Part shown: piece by piece, positions 19,894-26,322 of the stretch
How positions within the stretch are numbered: the stretch's first letter is position 1
Layout: every line of letters begins with the position of its first letter
Assembly: GCA_016939375.1 (NCBI GenBank)
Contig: JAFGHF010000042.1
Location: 1 to 56,929 of the forward strand
DNA length: 56,929 bases
Reading direction: 5' to 3'
Source of the DNA: Candidatus Omnitrophota bacterium
GTDB taxonomy: Bacteria > Omnitrophota > Gorgyraeia > JAFGHF01
Program-made: the position numbers and the translations under genes
Notes under the pieces: generated by a model
Told to the model about the DNA's origin: nothing
The model's input: only the letters and a program-made list of their open reading frames with translations
Databases searched by the model: none

Positions 19894-20925
19894 ATGCAGA
19901 AAAGAATTGCCATACTGACTGGTGGCGGAGATTGTCCTGGCATCAATCCCGTGATCAGGGCAATAGTAAGAAAAGCGGTCAGGCACAACTATCATGTGAT
20001 CGGGATTAAAAATGGCTGGAAAGGGCTAATTGAAAAAAACGTAGTCTCTTTAGACCTTGGCTCGGTATCCGGCATTTTGGTAAAAGGAGGGACTATTCTG
20101 GGCACCTCCAGGACAAATCCTTTTAAAAATAAGGAAGATGCAGAAATCGGAATAAACAACTTTAAAGCATTGGAGATAGAAGCATTGATCGCGATCGGCG
20201 GAGAAGATACCCTGGGCGTAGCCAGCAAATTCTCCCAGCAGGGTCTCAATATCGTAGGCGTGCCCAAGACTATAGATAACGATCTTTCAGGCACAGATAG
20301 AACGTTCGGCTTTGATACGGCAGTAAATATCGCTACCGAGGCTATCGACAGAATCCATACCACTGCCGAATCGCACCATAGAGTGATGGTAGTCGAGGTG
20401 ATGGGCAGGCATTCAGGCTGGATCGGGCTTGAGGCAGGATTAGCCGGTGGCGCTGATATCATCTTAATCCCCGAGTTTCCAATCGATCTGGACGAAATAT
20501 GTGCGACAATTAAAAAAAGGCATGAACGAGGTAAAACCTTCAGCATAGTGGTTGTGGCAGAAGGGGCAAAGTTTAAAGAAGGGACTGAAGTGTTACAGGA
20601 TAAGGAAAAAGACGCCTTTGGTCATGTGCGCCTGGGGGGAATAGGACAAGTATTATGCGAGGAGATCCAAAAACGCACTTGGTTCGAAACCAGAGTAACT
20701 GTTTTAGGACATATCCAGCGCGGGGGAACTCCCACTGCTTATGATAGAGTCTTAGGTACTCGCTATGGCATCAAGGCAATGCAGATGGTTTTAGATAAAG
20801 AGTTCGGTAAAATGGCCAGTCTCTGTGGCACTGAAATAGTCTCTGTCCCTCTGGAAAAAGCAGTAGGTGAAGTTAAGACCGTCCCCCCAGAGCTTTATGA
20901 AATGGCAAAGGTGTTTTTCGGGTAA
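19894..20925 (+). CDS. pfp: 6-phosphofructokinase, predicted pyrophosphate-dependent (PPi-PFK)
   Basis: ATG at 19894 (MQKRIAILTGGGDCPGIN). IGGEDT and PKTIDND place Asp and Lys at the two donor-specificity positions. Confidence 0.8.
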   Translation: MQKRIAILTGGGDCPGINPVIRAIVRKAVRHNYHVIGIKNGWKGLIEKNVVSLDLGSVSGILVKGGTILGTSRTNPFKNKEDAEIGINNFKALEIEALIAIGGEDTLGVASKFSQQGLNIVGVPKTIDNDLSGTDRTFGFDTAVNIATEAIDRIHTTAESHHRVMVVEVMGRHSGWIGLEAGLAGGADIILIPEFPIDLDEICATIKKRHERGKTFSIVVVAEGAKFKEGTEVLQDKEKDAFGHVRLGGIGQVLCEEIQKRTWFETRVTVLGHIQRGGTPTAYDRVLGTRYGIKAMQMVLDKEFGKMASLCGTEIVSVPLEKAVGEVKTVPPELYEMAKVFFG

Positions 20926-20929
20926 AATC

Positions 20930-21499
20930 ATGAAAGAACAAATTAAAGCTATTTTTGAAGAAAGCAAAAGTCTGCAGGAAAAACTTATGGGCGATGATAT
21001 AGTTGAGGCGATCGCTAAGCTAGCGCAATCAATCAAAGCTTGCATAGGCGAGGGCGGAAAGGTGATCCTTTTTGGCAACGGAGGCAGCGCAGCCGATGCA
21101 CAGCATATCGCCGCAGAACTTGTGGGCAGATTTACAAAAGAGAGAAAGCCTTTGGCAGCCTTAGCATTAAACTGCAATACATCCAATCTCACCTGCATCG
21201 GCAATGACTATGGGTTTGAGCAAGTCTTCGCCCGTCAAATCGAGGCCTTGGGCAACAAAAAAGATATAGCCATCGGGATATCTACCAGCGGAACTTCGCA
21301 AAATGTCCTTACCGCTATTTCCAAAGCTAAAGAATTGGGGATGAAAACGGCAGCACTGACAAGTGAGAGATCAGATAAACTGGCCAAAAATGTAGATGTG
21401 GCAGTCAGCGTCCCCTCAAAAAACACCGCCCGCATCCAAGAAGCCCATATTACGATCGGGCATATTATCTGCCAGTTAGTCGAGAAAGACCTATTGTGA
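20930..21499 (+). CDS. gmhA: D-sedoheptulose-7-phosphate isomerase
   Basis: SIS domain. FGNGGSAADAQHIAAELVGRF. ATG at 20930. Confidence 0.88.
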   Translation: MKEQIKAIFEESKSLQEKLMGDDIVEAIAKLAQSIKACIGEGGKVILFGNGGSAADAQHIAAELVGRFTKERKPLAALALNCNTSNLTCIGNDYGFEQVFARQIEALGNKKDIAIGISTSGTSQNVLTAISKAKELGMKTAALTSERSDKLAKNVDVAVSVPSKNTARIQEAHITIGHIICQLVEKDLL

Positions 21500-21969
21500 C
21501 TGAGCGCAAAATATACACTTTAAAAAGGCTAAAAAAAACTTTGGCTGTTTGTAAAAAGCGGGGGGAGAGGATAGTTTTTACAAACGGTTGCTTCGACATC
21601 CTCCACCTAGGGCATATTAAATATTTGGAAAAGGCTGCCTCTTACGGCGACAAGCTCGTAGTCGCTGTCAATAGCGATGCCTCAGTGCGCAAAATAAAAG
21701 GAAGGGGACGCCCTGTTTTTCCGGCAAAGGAAAGGGCCTATATTGTCGCAGGCTTAAAATTTGTCGATTACGTGATAGTCTTCTCTGAATTGACGCCGCT
21801 AAGGTTAATTAAGTCCCTAAAGCCGGATATATTGGCCAAGGGAGCAGATTGGCCTAAGGCAGAAATAGTAGGAAGAGAATTTGTAGAATCACGGGGCGGT
21901 GAGGTAGTGTGCATCAAGTTTATCAAAGGTTATTCAACTAGCTCTATTTTAAATAAAATCAGAAAATAG
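21496..21969 (+). CDS. hldC: D-glycero-beta-D-manno-heptose-1-phosphate adenylyltransferase (RfaE domain II type)
   Basis: GTG start overlapping the gmhA stop. TNGCFDILHLGHIKYL cytidylyltransferase motif. Confidence 0.8.
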   Translation: MTERKIYTLKRLKKTLAVCKKRGERIVFTNGCFDILHLGHIKYLEKAASYGDKLVVAVNSDASVRKIKGRGRPVFPAKERAYIVAGLKFVDYVIVFSELTPLRLIKSLKPDILAKGADWPKAEIVGREFVESRGGEVVCIKFIKGYSTSSILNKIRK

Positions 21970-21971
21970 CC

Positions 21972-22379
21972 GTGAATAAGCAGATATTTCGAATCATTGA
22001 CGCTAATTTGAACCGTGCCCGCGAAGGCTTAAGAGTCTGCGAAGAGATTACGAGATTTGTTTTAGAAGATAAACTGCTGACCGGTAAATTTAAGAACTTA
22101 AGGCATCGGCTTTCCAAAAATATCAACAAGCTGCCTGGGGTCGGCGATGCATTACTTCAGAGCAGGGAAAGCAAAAAAGATATAGGCCGAAGCATCGCAA
22201 ACCGCTCAAAAAGAAAAGATTATCGGGATGTATTTTACGCCAACATCCAAAGAACGGAAGAATCATTGCGCGTGCTGGAGGAATTCTCCAAGATATTCAA
22301 TCGCTCTTTGAGCGAACACTTCGCGTGCCTGCGCTTTGAAGCATATAATCTGGAAAAAAAGACAATTGCAAGACTTTAG
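21972..22379 (+). CDS. ThiE-associated N-terminal domain protein; probably the 5' part of a frameshifted thiE
   Basis: RIIDANLNRAREGLRVCEEITRF. From memory this domain occurs N-terminally fused to ThiE in some anaerobes. The ORF ends 19 nt after an A7 run and overlaps the thiE frame. Confidence 0.5.
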   Translation: MNKQIFRIIDANLNRAREGLRVCEEITRFVLEDKLLTGKFKNLRHRLSKNINKLPGVGDALLQSRESKKDIGRSIANRSKRKDYRDVFYANIQRTEESLRVLEEFSKIFNRSLSEHFACLRFEAYNLEKKTIARL

Positions 22380-23007
22380 ACTGTACTTAATCCTGGATGC
22401 CCAGGTAATAATATCGAAGGACATTGTAAGGATTGCCGAAGAGGCGATTTTTTCGGGTGGAGTAGATATATTTCAGCTGAGAGCAAAAGGCTGGCCGGAT
22501 CGACAAATAGTACAGATCGGCCGTATATTAAATGGGCTGGCCCATAAAAACAAAGTTCTGTTTATAGTCAACGATCGTGCTGACTTGGCGCGGACTATTG
22601 GAGCTGACGGGGTACATTTGGGCCAAGATGACTTGTCTGTTGAAGATGCCCGTGCCATAATGGGCAGAGATAAGATAATCGGCATCTCCACTCACAATAT
22701 CTCCCAGGTCCAACAAGCACAAAAAGCTGCGCCAGATTACATAGCTATTGGACCAATATTCCCTACAGCGACCAAACTAAAGACAAACGCTTTAACACCG
22801 CAAATACTCACACAGCTCAAAGATAAACTACGCTTGCCGGCAATTGCTATAGGAGGAATAAACCTGCACAATCTTAATCAAATATTAGATGCAGGATTTG
22901 AACGCGTGGCGGTTTCGCGCGCCATATTAGAAACCGCTGATATACACGATACCGTGATTAAATTCAGGCAAAGGCTCTACGCAAATGACGCAATTAGAAC
23001 AGGCTAA
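22336..23007 (+). CDS. thiE: thiamine-phosphate synthase
   Basis: LYLILD, FQLRAKG and VNDRADLARTIGADGVHLGQDD motifs. Its frame has no ATG or GTG before the catalytic core; the only candidates are TTG at 22336 and 22365. Confidence 0.85.
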   Translation: MKHIIWKKRQLQDFRLYLILDAQVIISKDIVRIAEEAIFSGGVDIFQLRAKGWPDRQIVQIGRILNGLAHKNKVLFIVNDRADLARTIGADGVHLGQDDLSVEDARAIMGRDKIIGISTHNISQVQQAQKAAPDYIAIGPIFPTATKLKTNALTPQILTQLKDKLRLPAIAIGGINLHNLNQILDAGFERVAVSRAILETADIHDTVIKFRQRLYANDAIRTG

Positions 23008-24283
23008 AAAAAATAAAATAACCGCACAAATGGCGAAAGTCGCCCAAGAGGAAGAACATACAGGCACGTCCATCCGCCAAAAGATCGCCCAGGGCAAAGT
23101 AGTCATTCCATTCAACAAAAAGCGTAGACCTAAAAAGGTTTACGGTATCGGTGAGGGGCTGACTACAAAAATAAACGCCAATATCGGCACTTCTAGTGAT
23201 GCCTCAAAAATAAAGGATGAATTAAAGAAGATGGAGGTCTCCATTGCGGCCGGGGCCCATACCATAATGGACTTGAGTACCGGGGGAGACATCCCGCGGA
23301 TAAGGAAAGATATCCTGCAACGTTGCCCTGTACCCGTAGGCACAGTACCCATTTATGAAGCCGCAGTCAATTCGGTAAAACGCAACGGTTCGATCTGCGC
23401 GATGAAAGAGGATGATATATTCGATACTATCGAACAACACGCTAAAGACGGGGTTGACTTTTTCACTCTACATTGCGGTGTCACCATAGAATCCCTTGCT
23501 AGATTGAAAGAAGAAAAAAGGATCACGGATATAGTAAGTCGAGGGGGAGCGATTTTAGCGGATTGGATGATAAAGAACAGGAAAGAAAACCCCCTATATG
23601 AATATTACGAGAGGATCTTAGATATTGCCAAAAGATACGACGTAACCATAAGCTTAGGGGATGGTATGCGTCCCGGCTCAATCGCTGATGCAACCGATAG
23701 GACGCAAATACAGGAATTGGTTTTACTGGGCGAACTCGCTAAACAGGCCTTTGACAATGGGGTGCAGACAATAATCGAAGGTCCTGGGCATGTGCCTCTA
23801 AATCAAATAAGGTCTAATGTCGTATTGCAAAAAAGGCTCTGTCGCGGAGCCCCCTTCTATGTCTTGGGACCTTTAGTAACCGATGTCGCCCCCGGATACG
23901 ACCATATTACCTCAGCTATAGGTGGAGCTATAGCCGCAGCCTGCGGTGCGGACTTTCTCTGTTACGTCACTCGCTCAGAACACCTGCGCCTACCCAGTAT
24001 CGAAGATGTCAAAGAAGGAGTAATAGCGGCGCGCATCGCCGCACACGCGGCTGACATAGCCAAAGGGATATCAAAGGCCATAGACTGGGACAATAAAATA
24101 TCTCTGGCACGAAAAAAGAGGGATTGGAAAAAACAGATGTCTCTCTCTATAGATCCGCAAAGGCCCTCGTCAATGCGTCTTAAATCAAAGTCCAAAACAA
24201 CAGATGCCTGCACCATGTGCAGCCAATACTGCTCTCTAAAAATCATGGATCAGGCAAAAGAAAGGCTAAAAAAGCAGGAATGA
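22985..24283 (+). CDS. thiC: phosphomethylpyrimidine synthase
   Basis: 432 aa. VSRGGA, EGPGHVPL, CYVTRSEHLRLP and a C-terminal CTMCSQYCSLK cluster. Confidence 0.93.
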   Translation: MTQLEQAKKNKITAQMAKVAQEEEHTGTSIRQKIAQGKVVIPFNKKRRPKKVYGIGEGLTTKINANIGTSSDASKIKDELKKMEVSIAAGAHTIMDLSTGGDIPRIRKDILQRCPVPVGTVPIYEAAVNSVKRNGSICAMKEDDIFDTIEQHAKDGVDFFTLHCGVTIESLARLKEEKRITDIVSRGGAILADWMIKNRKENPLYEYYERILDIAKRYDVTISLGDGMRPGSIADATDRTQIQELVLLGELAKQAFDNGVQTIIEGPGHVPLNQIRSNVVLQKRLCRGAPFYVLGPLVTDVAPGYDHITSAIGGAIAAACGADFLCYVTRSEHLRLPSIEDVKEGVIAARIAAHAADIAKGISKAIDWDNKISLARKKRDWKKQMSLSIDPQRPSSMRLKSKSKTTDACTMCSQYCSLKIMDQAKERLKKQE

Positions 24284-25179
24284 GCATCCTAGTCGTAGGC
24301 ACAGTCGCACTAGACAACGTCACGACTCCTTTCGGCAAAGTAAAAAATGCCCTGGGAGGCTCGGCGACATATTCAGCTGTTTCAGCCAGTTTTTTCGGCA
24401 AGGTAAAACTAGTAGGCATCGTGGGGAAGGATTTTCCTAGACAATTCATCTCTTTTTTAATTTCGCACAATATCGACACTAACGGTTTAGACATCGCCAG
24501 AGGCAAGACATTCAGTTGGAGCGGGAAATATACTTTCGACCTTAATAACCCGCAAACCCTAAAAACAGAACTAAATCTCCTGGCCCGCTTTAATCCAAAT
24601 ATACCCGAAGAATACAAAAAAGAAAGGTTCTTATTTTTAGCCAATATCGATCCTCATGTGCAACTTTCGGTACTGAAACAACTTTACCGTCCCAAGTTAG
24701 TAGTGGCCGATACAATGAATTATTGGATAGAACACGAAAAGAAAGCATTAAAAAAGGTCATGCAAAAAAGCGATATATTGGTCGTGAACGATGCAGAAGC
24801 TAGAGAATTTTCCGGAGAATCCAACCTGCTCAAGGCGGCAAAAGCCCTTCTTGCCCACGGCCCCCTCTTGGTGATAATAAAACGGGGCGAGCACGGATGT
24901 TCGCTTTTTTCACCGTCTTTTACTTTTCATATTCCAGCTTACTTGCTGGAGGACCTAGCGGATCCAACCGGAGCTGGCGATACATTCGCCGGAGGTTTTC
25001 TTGGATACCTCGCTTCATGTTCTCGGATAAACGAAGGGACATTCAAAAAAGCCATCGCCTATGGAACGATAATGGCTTCTTTTGTTGTTGAAGATTTCAG
25101 CCTTAATCGCTTAAAAAAAATTACGAAGAAAGACATACAGGCCAGATTCATACATTTTAGAAAGATGACAAGGTTCTAG
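24280..25179 (+). CDS. PfkB/ribokinase-family kinase, substrate unknown
   Basis: ATG at 24280 overlaps the thiC stop (ATGA). LGGSATY and DPTGAGDTFAGGFLGYL motifs. Confidence 0.75.
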   Translation: MSILVVGTVALDNVTTPFGKVKNALGGSATYSAVSASFFGKVKLVGIVGKDFPRQFISFLISHNIDTNGLDIARGKTFSWSGKYTFDLNNPQTLKTELNLLARFNPNIPEEYKKERFLFLANIDPHVQLSVLKQLYRPKLVVADTMNYWIEHEKKALKKVMQKSDILVVNDAEAREFSGESNLLKAAKALLAHGPLLVIIKRGEHGCSLFSPSFTFHIPAYLLEDLADPTGAGDTFAGGFLGYLASCSRINEGTFKKAIAYGTIMASFVVEDFSLNRLKKITKKDIQARFIHFRKMTRF

Positions 25180-25232
25180 GTAAGGCCCAAACTTATGAAA
25201 CGCGGTAAACTTAAGTTTGCTGGCCGAACTTG

Positions 25233-25307
25233 TCCCGCACCTTTTTGTTGTTCAGACACATTTTTTAAAAATTGGGGTGGGGTGGAATTATCTTAAAGGT
25301 GCGGGAT
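25233..25307 (+). repeat. 12-bp perfect inverted repeat enclosing 51 nt; related to the 8429-8484 element
   Basis: TCCCGCACCTTT (25233-25244) pairs with AAAGGTGCGGGA (25296-25307). It shares CCCGC, CTTTTTGTTG and TTTAAAAA..GGG blocks with the rpsU-upstream element. Confidence 0.5.
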
Positions 25308-25313
25308 TAATTC

Positions 25314-25361
25314 GCACAGCAACTTACGTATATTATGTTTCGGAATCCGTAAGTTGCGTGC
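25314..25361 (+). other. 14-bp stem hairpin/palindrome ending 8 nt before tRNA-Gly
   Basis: GCACAGCAACTTACG / 19-nt loop / CGTAAGTTGCGTGC, with one bulged A. The loop contains a -10-like TATATT. Confidence 0.45.
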
Positions 25362-25368
25362 TCATTAA

Positions 25369-25442
25369 GCGGGTGTAATTCAATGGTAGAATGACAGCTT
25401 CCCAAGCTGTATACGGCGGTCCGATTCCGCTCACCCGCTCCA
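25369..25442 (+). tRNA. tRNA-Gly (anticodon CCC), CCA encoded
   Basis: Manual cloverleaf: acceptor GCGGGTG/CACCCGC, D stem ATTC/GAAT, anticodon stem ACAGC/GCTGT with loop TTCCCAA, T arm GGCGG-TCCGATT-CCGCT. 74 nt. Confidence 0.9.
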
Positions 25443-25504
25443 TTGTATTCAAGTTGATTATTGAACATGCAGTATGTTGCAGGTCGAAATGACCGGCTAG
25501 ACAA

Positions 25505-26209
25505 ATGATAAAAAGAAATACCTGTGGAATAATCCGAAAGTTAATTTTACTGTCTATTGTCTACTGTCTATTGTCTACTTTTTTAATCGGCTGCGCTACT
25601 GTCCCTAGCAAGCCTCCTGCACCGCCCAAAGGCATGGCTGGCATATATCATAAGGTCAAAAGGGGGCAGACTCTTTGGCGGATCTGTAAATCATATGGAG
25701 CAGAAATGGACACCGTAGCCGGCATTAATCGATTAGCGGATACATCCAGGATCTATGAAGGTCAGCTGATTTTCATCCCTGGGGCGGATGAATCCAGTGA
25801 CGATCTTGCATTGGAAGTAGATTTCAAAGATAAGGCCGGCGATTTTATTTGGCCTGTCAAAGGTAAGGTCAAATCTTTCTTTGGAATGAAAGATAATGGG
25901 GTAAAAAACAAAGGCATATCCATACAGGCCAAAGAAGGAGAATCTATTGTCGCTGCTCGCTCAGGAAAAGTCGCCTTTTGCAGCCAAGAGCTAAAGGGAT
26001 ACGGAAAAACCATTATCCTCGACCATCTTGATGGATATTCTACTGTTTATACTTACAATTCTCAAAACCTGGTAAACGCTAACCAACTGGTACGACAGGG
26101 CCAGGTAATCGCCAGAGTAGGTTCGACAGGAAGAGTTAAAAAACCTGCGCTATATTTTGAGATCAGAAAAGGATACATACCTCAAAACCCATTTTTCTAT
26201 TTGCCTTAA
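25505..26209 (+). CDS. LysM + M23 peptidase-domain lipoprotein (NlpD/EnvC-like)
   Basis: Lipobox STFLIGCAT. LysM segment (YHKVKRGQTLWRICKSYG...GQLIFIP). M23 segment (GYGKTIILDHLDGYSTVY, GSTGRVKKPALYFEIR). Confidence 0.85.
   Translation: MIKRNTCGIIRKLILLSIVYCLLSTFLIGCATVPSKPPAPPKGMAGIYHKVKRGQTLWRICKSYGAEMDTVAGINRLADTSRIYEGQLIFIPGADESSDDLALEVDFKDKAGDFIWPVKGKVKSFFGMKDNGVKNKGISIQAKEGESIVAARSGKVAFCSQELKGYGKTIILDHLDGYSTVYTYNSQNLVNANQLVRQGQVIARVGSTGRVKKPALYFEIRKGYIPQNPFFYLP
25551..25578 (+). repeat. 7-bp tandem repeat TGTCTAY x4 inside the lipoprotein signal-peptide coding region
   Basis: TGTCTAT TGTCTAC TGTCTAT TGTCTAC, read directly from the sequence. Encodes LSIVYCLLST. Confidence 0.9.
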
Positions 26210-26322
26210 CAGATAAGCGACGCCTTGAGGACCTGGTCCCGGAAATATCTATGGAACTTAAGGGAACTGGTCCCCTAATAACTATGCGCCCGTCAACAGC
26301 GTAAAGCAACAAAGGAACTTAT

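Noticed and set aside
21972-22984. TPP riboswitch upstream of or within the thiamine gene cluster
   Set aside because: There is no non-coding space: genes overlap or abut from gmhA through thiC. The only CTGAGA-like string (about 22476) is inside the thiE coding region, without the rest of the THI-box.
25233-25307. The 12-bp terminal inverted repeats interpreted as a MITE
   Set aside because: The element is only 75 bp, with no recognisable target-site duplication and no transposase-related sequence. It is better treated as a hairpin or palindromic element, pending a genome-wide copy count.
25307-25504. 65-aa ORF on the - strand
   Set aside because: It lies antisense to, and fully overlaps, the well-folded tRNA-Gly gene. 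It is a spurious ORF.
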